From positions 13,950,001 through 14,014,000 of the forward strand of contig NC_043024.1 of NCBI RefSeq assembly GCF_006345805.1: a stretch of DNA of 64,000 bases. The letters run 5' to 3'. Shown here in pieces: positions 12,450 through 25,679 of this stretch. This DNA is from Octopus sinensis. Lineage: Eukaryota. The position numbers and the translations under genes were made by a program. The notes below the pieces were generated by a model, which worked only from the letters and a program-made list of their open reading frames with translations, was not told the origin of the DNA and searched no databases. Numbering within the stretch: the first letter of the stretch is position 1; every line of letters starts with the position of its first letter.

Positions 12450-12960
12450 TTTTAAGGGGGATGTTGTTGCTATGTCTGCGTGATTTCCAGGTCAGTCATA
12501 CTGCTCAAAACATTTGAAAATTCTACTGTAACTGTGTCGAGAGTCAATAGTAAAATTTGGTCGATGGAATACGAGTGGAAATTCCGTCGGCAAAATTACA
12601 AAGGACAGACTCAATCAGTTTAAGACCATTCAATGCGTTTAAGACCATTCAGTGCTATAAACATTACGTCTATAGCAATACCTCCTCTGTTTCCTGACTT
12701 CTGACTCAGAGTTTGATTAAATAATGAATTTTCCCCACCGTTCTAAGAAATACAGTTTAGAGCCTATGCCATGCCGTACCGCTGAAATCTACATGATTTC
12801 TTCATTCTTTCTTTGTTTATATCCTTTTATTCCTTCCTGCTGAAGAGCATAGGCTCGAAACGTAAAAGAACTTTTCAATTTCCCGGGCGTCAAACTTATA
12901 CGCATGCTTGTTGTTCATACATCTGCCCTCGTCTTTTGTCTTCCTATAAATTTAAACTAT
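12450..12960 (+). mobile_element. (TA)n-terminated repeat with hammerhead-like core, possibly a Penelope-like pseudo-LTR; partial second copy at 14065-14290
   Basis: 12450-12615 and 12765-12835 align with 14065-14290. The element ends in (TA)n and contains CTGAAGA...GAAACGTA. Confidence 0.45.
12840..12864 (+). ncRNA. Minimal hammerhead-ribozyme-like core
   Basis: CUGAAGA-G(CAUAGGCU)C-GAA-ACGU-A: intact core, 1-bp stem II, palindromic ACGU stem III and GUA site. Stem I is not evident in this copy. Confidence 0.35.
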
Positions 12961-12983
12961 ATACATATACATACATACATATA

Positions 12984-13037
<54 letters not shown>

Positions 13038-13519
13038 AAACTCTCTCTCTATATATATATATTCCTTGGTTAACGTTTCCTATAAATATCAGTAATGTTA
13101 TGAGGTTGGATATGGTTAAGTTCAGAAGAACTGAATAAAAATAACTTAGTTTCAGTCCATGTGAACTGAAATTAGAATATTTGGAACGCTCTCAACTGGG
13201 CGCAGGTTATGTTGTGGCTTACGTCAATCTATTTACATCTGTTGCAATATAGAAGGATAACATCTTTTGTGTTCATTCTCGCGTTGTTCCGATTTAGATC
13301 ACGGTCATCGACACAGCCAGGAAAATAAAATAATTGCTCGCTAACATTATCGTGGTTACAACTGATAAATGTATATATATATATATATATACACAACGAA
13401 AGAAGAGAGAAAAGCAAAAGAGACAAAAAAAAGGGTGATAGATAGAAAATCATACAGTGAGACACAGATGGATGGAGAGATTGATAAAGATTTAAATAGA
13501 TAAATACATACATTCAATC

Positions 13520-13832
<313 letters not shown>

Positions 13833-14649
13833 GGGAGATTTGTATGTAAGTATATGTTTGTTTGTGAGATTGGCTTTATATCTGAGCTGAATAAGAAAAC
13901 CGTGAGACAGTTTTCCATTTCCATTGAGAGCTTTTGCACTTGTGCGACATTATTTCCACTGCGTGTCGTGACTTATTTCGGAAGTAGTCAACTTGTAGTG
14001 ACTATCGCTTCCATTTTTATTTGGTAAGGACAGTTATATCGGTACGGATGTTAATGCCGAAATTAAAGGAGATATTGTTTCTATGTCTCCGTGATTTCCA
14101 GGTCAGTCATATTGTTCAAAACCTTTGAAAATTCTACTGTAATTGTGTCGAGAGTCGATAGTAAAATTTGGTCGATGGAATTCGAGTGGAAATTCCATCG
14201 GCGAAATTAAAAAAACAGACTCAATGCCATGCCGCTGAAATCTACAAGTTTTTTTCCCTCCTCTCTTTGTTTATATTCTCTTATTCCTTTCATAATCCTG
14301 TCACACTTCACAAAGCAACTCCATTCGACTTGTCATAACAGACCATTTTAAGGTCGATAGATTAAGTACCAGTTGTGTACTGCGGACGATCTAATCCACT
14401 AACATTTCGGGCCTTGTGCCTAGAGTAGAAAAGAATAACAGACTATTTTGTTCGCGATTTTATTGAATCATTAATTAAATCTAACAATTATTCCTAATTT
14501 TCGCACAAGGCCAGCAACCTTGAAGGGACGGGTAGTCAATAGCATCTAACAGTGTGCGTGCGTAGTACTTATTTTAAATGAACATGAAAGAATAAATGGT
14601 AAATCGACCTTGGTGGAATTTAATCGCAGAACGAAAAAGCCGGAAGAAA

Positions 14650-15241
14650 TATCTATTTCTTTACTACTAAGAAAGGGCTAAACACTCAGAGGACAAACAA
14701 ACGGATTAAGTCGATTACATCGACCCCAACGAGTAACTGGTGCTTATTTAATCGACCCCGAAAGGATGAAAGGCAAAGTCGACCTCGGCGGAATTTGAAC
14801 TCAGAAAGTAACGCAAGACGAAATACCTATTTCTTTACTACCCACAAGGGGGTAAACACAGAGAGGACAAACAAGGACAGACAAACGGATTAAGTCGCTT
14901 ACATCACCCCAGTGCGTAACTGGTACTTATTTAATCGACTCCAAAAGGATGAAAGGCAAAGTCGACCTCGGCGGAATTTGAACTCAGAACGTAACGGCAG
15001 ACGAAATATCTATTTCTGTACTACCCACAAGGGACGAAACACAGAGAGGACAAACAAGGACAGACAAACAGATTAAGTCGATTATCGACACCAGTGATTA
15101 ACTGGTCCTTATTTAATCGGCTCCGAAATTATGAAAGGCAAAGTCGACCTCGGCGGAATTTGAACTCAGAACGTAACGGCAGATGAAATACCGCTAAGCA
15201 CTTCGCCCGGCGTGCTAACGTTTCTGCCAGCTCATCACCTT
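14650..15241 (-). mobile_element. SINE family A trimer
   Basis: Three ~180-bp bodies and a single head ending near 15241. Confidence 0.9.
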
Positions 15242-15690
15242 CTTAAAGTTAAATAATGACAGCAAATGCGTAAGATATATAAAAAGCTCTCCAAATTCTG
15301 CCAATATTTCCCTGTAAAATTTGGGAAGCGATTTATAAAAGAGCAAGTCCTCGACACAAGTAAATACTCTGTCTATATCTCAGCAAGTTTTATTAACTGT
15401 TTAACCTATCACATCAACCAATTTTTAAGGTGCCGCTGGTAATCAGTTGTGCAATTACAGAAGATACGCCAGTCTCTAAATATTCATATTTCGGAATAAA
15501 TATTCCAAATTTGTTAATTTATTTGACGCGGAGACAAATAGAAAGTGTAGCTTGGTTACTCGAGAAATTTTACATCTTTTTGTCAGCCATTTTTCTTGTT
15601 ACCTTCTTTCTCTTTATTCCACTCCCTCTCTCTCTCGCTTTCTCTCTCTCTCCATTTATCCAGCTCTCTGTATCTATCTTTCACTCCTCA

Positions 15691-15758
<68 letters not shown>

Positions 15759-15984
15759 CCGGAAATTGAAAATTCGTTCGTAAATATTTCTATGAGTAAC
15801 GTGTTATTGTTTTATTGATATAAACGTAGTCGGAGTTGTAGGTGTCGCTATTGTTGTAGTTGTGAATTCCATTTTGTTGTTGTTTTCCTCGTTATTGTCA
15901 CCTTCAGCGCCCTCTGGTCGTTTCTATTGTCTTATTTTGTTATTGCCCATAGTGGTATTCAAATGGTAGTTGCGAAGATAAACT

Positions 15985-17220
15985 TTACCTCTGTGTGTGT
16001 GTATGTGTGTGTGTGTGTGTGTGTACGTACGTAACTATGTGTACGGCTGTGTGTTTGTGTATATGCCTGTATGTGCGTACATTGGTGCGTGTGTATGATT
16101 GTGTACGTGTGTGAGGATGTTTACGGCTGTGTGTGCATGTGTGAGTGCGTGTGTGAGCGTACATTCGTGCGTGTGTGTGCGTACATACGTGCGCGTGTGT
16201 GTTCGTGTGTCTGAGTATGTATATGGTTTTGTGTGTATGTGCGTACATTCGTGAGTGTGTGATTGTGCACGTGTGTTAGGATGTGTAAGGCTATGTGTAT
16301 ATGTGTGAGTGTGGTGTGTGTGTGTGTGCGTACATTCGTGTGTGTGTGTGAATGTGTAAGTGTGTGAGTATGTATACGGCTGTGTGTGTATGTGTGAGAG
16401 CGTGTATGTGTGTGTGTGTGTGCGTACATTCGTGTGTGTGTGTGATTGTGTAAGTGTGTGAGTATGTATACGGCTGTGTGTGTATGTGTGAGAGCGTGTA
16501 TGTGCGTACATTCGTATGCGTGTGTGATTGTGCACGTGTGTAAGGATGTGTACGGCTGTGTGTATATGTGGTTGCCTGTGTGTGCGTACATTCGTGCACG
16601 TGTGTGATTGTGTACGTGTGTGAGAATGTGTACGGCTGTGTGTGTATATGTGTGAGAGTGTGTACGTGCGTATATTCGTGCGCGGTGTGTTCGTGTAAGT
16701 GTGCGTGAATGTGTACGTCTGTGTGTAAGTTTTTGTGTGTGTGCGTACATTCATGTGCGTGTGTGTTCGTGTATTTGTCAAAGTATGTATACGGCTTTGT
16801 GTGCGTGTGCGTACATTCGTATGCGTGTGTAATTGTGTACGCGTGTGTATGTGTATATACGTGTATGTGCATACATTGGTGCGCGTGTGTGACTGTGTAC
16901 GTGTGTGAGGATGTGTACGTCTGTGTGTATGTGTGAGTGCGTGTATGTGCAAACATTGGTGCGCGTGTGTGATTGTGTACGTGTCTATATATATGTACGT
17001 TCATGTGTGTATGTGTGAGTGCCTGTATGTACGTTCGTGCGTGTGTGTTGTCGTGTATGTGTGTGAGTATGTGTACGGCTGTGTGTGCGTGTGTGTGAGT
17101 GATTGTATATGTGTGGACGGTTGAGAGTGTATGTCTGTGTGAAAAGGTGGATGTGTCTCTGCTTTGCTCAGTTATATAGATATGCACGTGTGTGTGTGTG
17201 TGTGTACGTTCTTTACTTTC
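15985..17220. repeat. (GT)-derived minisatellite with ~80-bp higher-order unit
   Basis: Anchor GCGTACATTCGT/ACATTGGT recurs at roughly 60-95 bp spacing (for example near 16075, 16157, 16241, 16328, 16422, 16504, 16585, 16743, 16808). Confidence 0.8.
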
Positions 17221-17239
17221 TCTTTCCCTGAAGTGGAAT

Positions 17240-17341
17240 TAGTCATAGTACCAGCAGCAGAAGTACTAGTAGTAGTAGTAGTAGTAGCAGTAGTAGTAGT
17301 AGTAGTAGTAGTAGTATTATTAGTAGTAGTAGTAGTAGTAA

Positions 17342-17381
<40 letters not shown>

Positions 17382-17431
17382 GGTGGTGGAGGTAGTAGTA
17401 GTAGTAGTAGTAGTAGCAGTAGTAGCAGCAT

Positions 17432-17479
<48 letters not shown>

Positions 17480-17849
17480 GTGATGTTTATGATGAAGAAT
17501 AGAAGAAGAAGAAGAAGAAGAAGAAGAGGATGAAGAAGAAGAAGAAGGAGAAGAGGAAAAGGAAAAAGAAGAAGAAGAAGAAGAAGAAGAAGAAGAGCAG
17601 AAGAAGAAGAAGGAGGAGAAGAAGAAGGAGAAGAAAAAGAAGAAGACGAAGACGAAGAAGGAGAAGGAGAAAAAGAAGAAGAAGGTGGAGGAGAATAATA
17701 ATAATAATGATAATAACAATAATAATAGAAGAAGAAGAAGAAGAAGAAAAAAGAAGAAGAAGAAGAAGAAGAAAGAGAAGAAGAAGAAGAAGAAGAAGAA
17801 GACGAAGAAGAAGAAGGAGAAGGAGAAAAAGAAGAAGAAGGTGGAGGAG

Positions 17850-17881
<32 letters not shown>

Positions 17882-17896
17882 TAATAATAATAATAA

Positions 17897-17927
<31 letters not shown>

Positions 17928-17970
17928 AAGAAGAAGAGAAGAAGAAGAAGAAGAAGAAGAAGGAGGAGGT
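17240..17970. repeat. Compound (TAG)n/(GAA)n/(AAT)n field with a ~155-bp internal duplication
   Basis: Block GACGAAGAAG...GGTGGAGGAGAATAATAAT... occurs near 17645 and again near 17800. Confidence 0.9.
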
Positions 17971-19005
17971 CTGAGCTAAAACAATTATTTGACGAGTAAA
18001 TAACCTGATTAATTAACGAAAGTCTGTTACCTGAGGAAGAAATGGAAGAAACGATAATGTTAATATGAATGATAATAATACGTCTACTGCCAAAAATCGA
18101 TAAGTCAACCTGTATTTAAAATGACAGTGAGAAGGTCGGTGCGACGAACAAAATGGAGAATTTGCAGTGAATTTAGTACTGGGGCATTTTTTGGTGAACA
18201 TCGCGAATTGGTTTTGTTTTTCAGTCTAAATCCACGATTCACATCTCAGTGAACGCATCATCGCTTGGAAAGATTATGGGATTAATTTGTAGTCTGAAAT
18301 CTAGCTGATATTTCTCTTTCTGTTAACAGCCGTTGCATTAGGATCTGCCAAGGACATCTGGTTTTGAAAATCTGAATTTATCAAAATTTTAGTTGTTGAC
18401 GGAGTTTCGCCCCAAAATCAGCCAGGACCGAGTAAATATATTTCCGTCGAATTCAAGAGAGAAAATGTGCGTGTGTTTGAGCGAGAGGGAGGGTAAAGTG
18501 ACGGAGAGAGAGAGAGAGAGAGAGAGAGAAAAGCAGAGACACAGATAGTACAGTAGACCTCAGTAAGGGAAGGAAAATATATTGGTTAACACCGAATTTA
18601 AATCTAACCTCCAGAAAGGATACTGCCAGTCAGTCCTTAACCAAATTCTTTTGGTTCGGTGGCTTCAAACGGTACGAAATCTCTTACTCAGGTCCCTCAA
18701 TGTACACTTTAAGGAGTTACACACAGATACACAAAATACTTCTCCTGCCTTCTGGTAAAACGGGAACCCAGTAGATGTAGATGATGCCCTTACTGACGAA
18801 AAGGGGATCATAATACGCTTCTACATGGCATGTAATTTCAGCGAAAAATTCCATATGGATTAACTTGTTTGCGCCCAGCTCATACAAATTAATATACAAA
18901 TATACAATTAGTATACAATCTGTTTTGCGCATTCGATTAGTGCAGGTATTTTTTTAACCGACTTTAACAGAAATATTATTGAAAAGCGAGCTTCAAATTT
19001 ATGTC

Positions 19006-19105
19006 NNNNNNNNNNNNNNNNNNNNNNNNNNNNNNNNNNNNNNNNNNNNNNNNNNNNNNNNNNNNNNNNNNNNNNNNNNNNNNNNNNNNNNNNNNNNNNN
19101 NNNNN
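19006..19105. other. Assembly gap (100 N)
   Basis: Run of 100 N, a fixed-size scaffolding gap. Confidence 0.99.
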
Positions 19106-19424
19106 GCTAAATAATACTCTAATAGGTGACAATGAGTCATTTACCGAACGAGCAAATCACCACCTGTCATTCGTTTCTTCCATTCGAAGTCAATAAATTT
19201 GTATTTAGGTCAGGGATGAAGAAATTATATATCAGTGATGGCATGTTTTAAAAAGTAGAACTAGCAATTTAACAGAGTAATTTGAATGACGGGTTTTCAG
19301 TTAATCAGGATTTATTCTTTAAATACAATTTACACTTCTAATCAGCTACCGATTAGGGTCTGGCTTTGAGACAGCTCTGTGAAACACCATGCTCGCGTGC
19401 GAAAATTTACATGTTTTTTTATCG

Positions 19425-20201
19425 CTTTCTTGCCCACAGGGGGCTGACCATAGAGGGGACAAGCAAGTATAAAGGGATTAAGTCGATTACATCGACTCCA
19501 GTGCGTAACTGGTACTTAATTAATCGACCCCGAAAGATGAAATGCAAAGTCGACCTCGACAGAATTTGAACTCAGAACGTAACGGCAGCTCACCGCCCTG
19601 AAAATTCCCACTTATTCATCCATATTCTTTTCTACTCTCGGCACAAGGCTAGAAAACTTTTGGAGTGAGGCAGTCGATTAGATCGACCCCAGTATGCAAT
19701 TAGTACTTAATTTATCGAGCCTGAAAGGGTGAAAGACAAAGTCGACCTCGGCGGGATTTGAACTCACAACGTAACGGCAGGCGAAATACCTATTTCTTTA
19801 CGACCTACAAGGGGCTAAACACAGAGAGGACAAACAAGGACAGACAAACGGATTAAGTCGATTATATCGACCCCAGTGCGTAACTGGTACTTAATTTATC
19901 GACCCTGAAATGATGAAAAGCAAAGTCGACCTCGTTGGAATTTGAACTCAGAACGTAACGGCAGACGAAATACCTATTTCTTTATTACCCACAAGGGGCT
20001 AAACACAGAGGACAAACAAGGACAGACAAACAGATTAAGTCGATTACATCGACCCCATTGCGTAAATGGCACTTATTCAATCGACCCCGAAAGGATCAAA
20101 TACAAAGTCGACCTCGGTGGAATTTGAACTCAGAACGTAGTGCCAGACGGAATACTGCTGAGATTCTCGCCCGACGTGTTAACAATTCTGCAGCTCACCG
20201 C
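19425..20201 (-). mobile_element. SINE family A cluster: internally deleted monomer plus trimer
   Basis: Four bodies. CTGAAAATTC(C/A)CAC(T/G)TATTCAT is duplicated near 19599 and 20204. Confidence 0.85.
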
Positions 20202-21778
20202 TCTGAAAATTCACACGTATTCATACAAGCAGGCACATATTGGCGAAAATTGAAACATATTAGCATTTCAAATAGTCTCTCGACAAATCTTCGAAGTCTC
20301 ATGGGATAAAAACGTTTGACGCTTTAAGACAAAAGCGCTATTTCATTAGAAGTAGAAATTTGTAAATCTGCATATTCTTTATTTCGTTTCTTACAAGATC
20401 TCAACTGCAGGTTCTTATGATTTGGTAGCTGGTTTCTATGTGCAACATGCTTCTCCGGTTCGAATTTCGCTGTCGTTCGACTTGCTAAGCGTAGCGGTAA
20501 ATCTTCGCCAAACATTATTTATTATTTAAAATAAAGAAGTTACGAGATTTTGATTAAGTGTGAAAAGATTCTCGGAAAAGCTATAGGCTGTCGTAACTGA
20601 AAAAGCTCTTTGTCTCAAGCCTGTAGTGTCGGAGACTAGCACGAAATAAGCTACATAACAATAACTGTATATTTCAGCTTAACTAACAAGTGAGTTTTAA
20701 ACCTCAACAACCACCCGGGCAATTAATATCCATGAAAACTCCCGCAAAATGCGCTCTGCTGGCTTCAAAAAATGTCTAGGTCCCATCAGAGAATGTGATG
20801 GTGGATATACAATAAATATTGATGTCAGGAATGGAGCAATGTCTGAAATCATATCGGTCTGCTAAGACAGAACTTGTAAGAATCTATACAATGATGTTGC
20901 GTCGACAAGTGAGAATTCGGAGGAATTATAAGAGTATGTTCGATACTATATCGAAGTAGACATATTCCGAGTTCTCTTTCCAAATTGAACGGGAGTTTTA
21001 CTCGCTGATGCTTTGACGATCGCATTGAATGTAAGAGAATTATTTTTTAATCCCAGCGTCTGGAATACAATATTTATGTAAATAGCATCCTCTACTCATT
21101 AAAACCCTCTTTTCCGCTCTTTTTAACATCCACCATCTTTACACACTGTAATCTAACCGGGGATGAACGCTGCAAATTCTTCAGAAAATTTTTAAATACA
21201 CCAAATAAAACAAAACGAAATATATCAATTCGGAAATGCTACTTACACAAATTAAAGAACCGGAGGTTCGTAGCTGTAATATTATTATAAAATAAATATA
21301 CTTGATCAAGTCCGTCGTAGTGTGAGATAGAATTTAAAAGGAAATAAAATAAAAACGATACAACAGCGAACATAACAACATGATCCAACGAAGCACTCAC
21401 TTCTAAGTCAATTTACCTGTGTTAGCATGTAAAAGTACTCTCACGTAAAAGCTTGAGATGTTAACCAGAGATTAAATTCTTCTTTGATGTCTTAAAGCTA
21501 ATCAGGCGATCGCACCCTATGCACTCACATGCATTACACTGAAAGACTACAGAGTCTTGTTTCTTTTTCTTTTTAATTCGTTTCTTTTTTTTCTTTCTAA
21601 TTTAAACATAGTCTTATCACAAACAAAATGAGAAATTCCAATCGTAACACTTTCTCTAATATACGCAGATCATTTACCTCTCGTATATCGTATATAGCAG
21701 TCACATTTCAGTTTATTTTTGCAGAAACACTCCAAGAGGCAGAAATTGACAAGTACTTAAATAATCACATGCATATTA

Positions 21779-21819
<41 letters not shown>

Positions 21820-22235
21820 CATATATTTATATCTGTATGTGTGTGTGTGTACCACATGTTATAGATATATACTATACATATTGTAAATATTTATGTATAT
21901 ATAAAGGGTGTTTATGTTTATATTTATCTTTGTGTGTGTAAACGTTTACTTTTCCACACAGACACACACACATATACACACCCACATATTATATATTATA
22001 TATATAATTATATATATATATATATATTATACATATGTATGTATGTATATGCATACATTCACATATATAAATATATATATAGACAGAGAGAGGGTGAGAG
22101 AGAAATAGTTGAATACCTGTATACATATGCATGGATGTATTTATACACACACACACACACGAATATATATACATAAATATACATACATATATACATAGAT
22201 ACACTCTCTCACACACACACCAATACATACATATA

Positions 22236-23646
22236 TTGGGTCATCCCATAAATAATGCGGGTTTTTTTTCAATTGCATTAATATAAACCGGAGGGGGGCT
22301 GGATAAATTACCTGCGTCAACTTGCTACAAAAACAAGTATTAATTCTATCGTGTCCTTATTCTTAGTGAAGGTTTTGAAGAGTGCAGTAATTTTTTAAAA
22401 GCTAAAACAGAAGTGACAATGAATCATATTTGGCATAATATTCTTTATGAGTTCAGTAAAGCCAACACTGCAACGGGAGTGCGAGGAATATTAATGCAGT
22501 ATATTGTTGTTGTTGTTGTTGTTAAGCAACAGGACGGGTAAGGGTGATTGGTGATGGTCTAGGGCTTAGGGGCAGGAGAACCCAGACCTTGGAAAAAAAC
22601 AACTTTGGTCGTCTTGTTGTAGTCGAGGGCTCTTCGTTGACGACCGACACCGCTGGGTTGTGGCCCTCGAAGTCGCTGGAAATGGAGACCTCCAGGTCTA
22701 AATTCGTGAGCGGCTAATGCAGTATATGGAGATCAGAAAATAAGAGTAAGCGAGTGTCAACGGTGGTTTCATAAATTCATGGAAGATTTGTGGAGCTAAA
22801 CGAGGACGTCCTCCAAACCCTGTTGGAACAAAATTCAATCGTAACTCTTATGGAATTAGCAGAGAAGCTTCCATTTGTTCCTTCAGTTATTCATTAACAT
22901 CTGCGAGTCATCGGAAAATTCGGCAAATTCGTTCAATGAGTTCCTCACAAAATCTGGCGCAGAGAATCAATGTGTGCTTTTCTTTGCTGTCACATCTCAC
23001 GAATGAACATATTTTGCACCGAATAGTGACTAGTGACGAGAAATCGGTTCTATATAAAAATGTAAGGCGTCGAAGACAGTGGGTAGAGATAGGAGAAAAT
23101 CCGCCCCACACCCAGACTAAAGAAGGTTTTCAACCACTTAAGGTGTTGTTATCTGTTTGGTGGAATATGAAAGGTTTATCCTACTTTGAACTTTGAAACA
23201 CCAAACTATAACAAAGGGGGCCTACTGCGAGGAACTTGAGCGGCTTAAGTCAGAGTTAGAAACAAAACAACCATCTTTTCCATCAGGATAATGCTTTGCC
23301 ACATACAAAGAGAATGATATTCCAAAGGCTGGAGCAGTTTCAATGGGAAACGATACCCCACCCAACATATTCGCATGACATTGCCCCTTCTGATTATCAT
23401 TTATTCCGTAGTCTTCAAAATCATTTGGACGGAAAAATATGAATTCTGTAGACGAGGTCAGAACAGTACTAGAGGATCATTTTCCGTCACGGACAAATGA
23501 ATTTTGGAAGAGGGGACTTGAAAGTCTACCAGACAGATGGAAGATTATTGTAGAAAATGGAGGATAATACATTTCAGATTTAAAAATAACTTCGTTCATC
23601 TTAATTTTGGAAACTATATGAAACGCATTATTCATTGATGACCCAA
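22236..23646 (+). mobile_element. Full-length mariner (D,D34D) DNA transposon, inactivated
   Basis: TA|TTGGGTCATC...GATGACCCAA|TA TIRs and TSD. Frameshifted transposase motifs RIVTSDEKSVLY, VLLSVWWNMKG, HQDNALPH and HPTYSHDIAPSDYHLFRSLQNHL. Confidence 0.95.
22505..22714 (-). mobile_element. 5'-truncated retroelement with (CAA)n tail nested in the mariner
   Basis: 13-bp TSD TAATGCAGTATAT at 22492-22504 and 22715-22727, with (TGT)n at the left end. Family not identified. Confidence 0.8.
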
Positions 23647-23651
23647 TATAA

Positions 23652-23741
<90 letters not shown>

Positions 23742-24122
23742 GTATGTATGTATGTATGTATGTATGCATATGTTTATGTATGTATGTATGCATGTATGTA
23801 TGTGTATATACAAGATTAGTATAGTTCGTTTGAAGCTTTGTGTATTGTTTGTGAAATATGACGTGTCTTGATTTCCACAACACTGCAGAGTAGAATCGGT
23901 GGTGAACTCAGCCTAACTCGATTGCGAATACAATGCTTCAAGCGAACTACAATAATCTCCTATCGCTACGCATGGGCCAGGACGATTTCGCACCCAAGTC
24001 CACTCTGCATTATTGTGCTATTCAAGACACGTCATGCACACACACACACACACACATATATGTATATAAACGCACGTATGTATATATGTGTATATATGTG
24101 TGTGTATCTATCTATCTATCCA

Positions 24123-24152
<30 letters not shown>

Positions 24153-24161
<9 letters not shown>

Positions 24162-24816
24162 GGGCTCAGTAAAATAATTTACTTTGCCACATACTGAAAT
24201 TTTTAGAAATAGCAGCCAAAAATTTTCTTTAGCCATTTCTACTACTTTAAGAAGAATCTCCCTGATAGTGATTACTCAAAAATAAATCACCTAGATCTGG
24301 AGGGAAAACAACAAAATATCACATGTACAAAGATTATTTGAGAACGCTCACGTTTCTAGATTAGCCGAATTAAAAGACGACATTTCTTTCGTCAGCTCAG
24401 CATTTCTTAATTTGGAATTGAAAGCACTAAAAAAAAGGAACATACACATCCGACATGAATCACCTCAGACGAACATCTCCAAACTGGTAGTGCTAGCGAA
24501 TTCAAACAGTACAAGTAAAGAATCTATGTATTTCCCCCTTCCATCCACGTGAGGTATCGAGTAAACATGGTTAAAACGGTGAGAACCGCAGTAAAAGAGG
24601 AACAGGGAGAAAGGAATTGTATTATCAATAATTAAGGGTAAAATCAATTAGTTATTAATTAATTTCACCAAGTAGTGTTCAGTATGTAAAAGGACCATTC
24701 AAGGTGTATTCAAAATATTACTTTATATAATTAAGGGCTCAGTAAAATAATTTACTTTGCCACATACTGAAATTTTCAGAAATAGCAGCTAAAAAGTTTC
24801 TTTAGCCATTTCTACT

Positions 24817-24822
<6 letters not shown>
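24153..24822. mobile_element. (TA)n-flanked cassette with 97-bp terminal direct repeats (pseudo-LTR-like)
   Basis: 24153-24249 and 24726-24822 differ by only a few bases, and both outer ends abut (TA)n. Confidence 0.7.
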
Positions 24823-24857
<35 letters not shown>

Positions 24858-25305
24858 GTAAGTGTGTGTATATATGTACATATACTTTCAGCGTAGTATT
24901 GCGGTTGTTATTCACTCTACTGAGCCATCATATTGGCAGTATTATATGAGCAAATATGGAGGATATTGTCATAAACGCATGAACATGTCACTTATTCCTT
25001 GAGAATCTTTCATCAATGCGTTAATTTGCTTCCTCTGCAGTGCAGGTTCTTGAAGTTCTTGAGATGTGCTATTGTGAGCAAAGCATTCAATAGTATTTGG
25101 AACATGCACTGCAGCGGAAGTAATTTACCACGATGACAAAATGAATTTAGGGAAATATGATAGAAACTGCATCGTGTGTTATCATAATTTTACCTAAATT
25201 TGCTCTCACTACATTCGTGCGTGCGTGTGAGCTTGGGTTTATGTGTGCGGGTGCTTTACCGTACGTAAAATGTGTTTTAGTGCTAATTATTTTAGCATAT
25301 TTTCA

Positions 25306-25605
25306 GGAGTGGCTGTGTGATAAGTAGCTTGCTTACCAACCCCCTGGTTCCGGATTCAGTCCCACTGTGTGGCATCTTGGACAGGTGTCTTCTATAGCCT
25401 CCGGCCGACCAAAGTCTTGTGAGTGTATTTGGTAGACGGAAACTTATGTGTGTGGGGGGGGGGGTGTCCAACATCGCTAAACAACCGATGCTGGTGTGTT
25501 TGCGTCCCCCGTATTTTAGCAGTTCGGCAAAAGAGACTGATAGAATAAGTACTAGGCTTAGACAGAATATGTCCTGGGGTCAGTCATTGATATGAAACAA
25601 AAGAT
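25306..25605 (+). mobile_element. CORE-type SINE family B
   Basis: GGAGTGGCTGTGTGATAAG A-box-like head, GGATTCAGTCCC B-box-like motif and family B tail. Confidence 0.85.
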
Positions 25606-25679
25606 CAACGCGTAGTTGTTAAACTTGGATTAGTCTATGGGTTACTGGAGTAGTCTATGCGTAAATGGTGCTTATATAA

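Noticed and set aside
13286-13311. Minus-strand CGATGA-CCG...CGG-AAC motif near (TA)n
   Set aside because: No C3 or G12, and no stems I or III.
15985-17999. HT-rich ORFs up to 305 aa, and poly-K/R/V/L ORFs
   Set aside because: Products of (CA)n-derived and triplet repeats that lack stop codons.
18330-18431. Plus-strand exon candidate after a strong acceptor
   Set aside because: Stops in all three frames.
18908-19132. ORF spanning the N run
   Set aside because: Artefact of the assembly gap.
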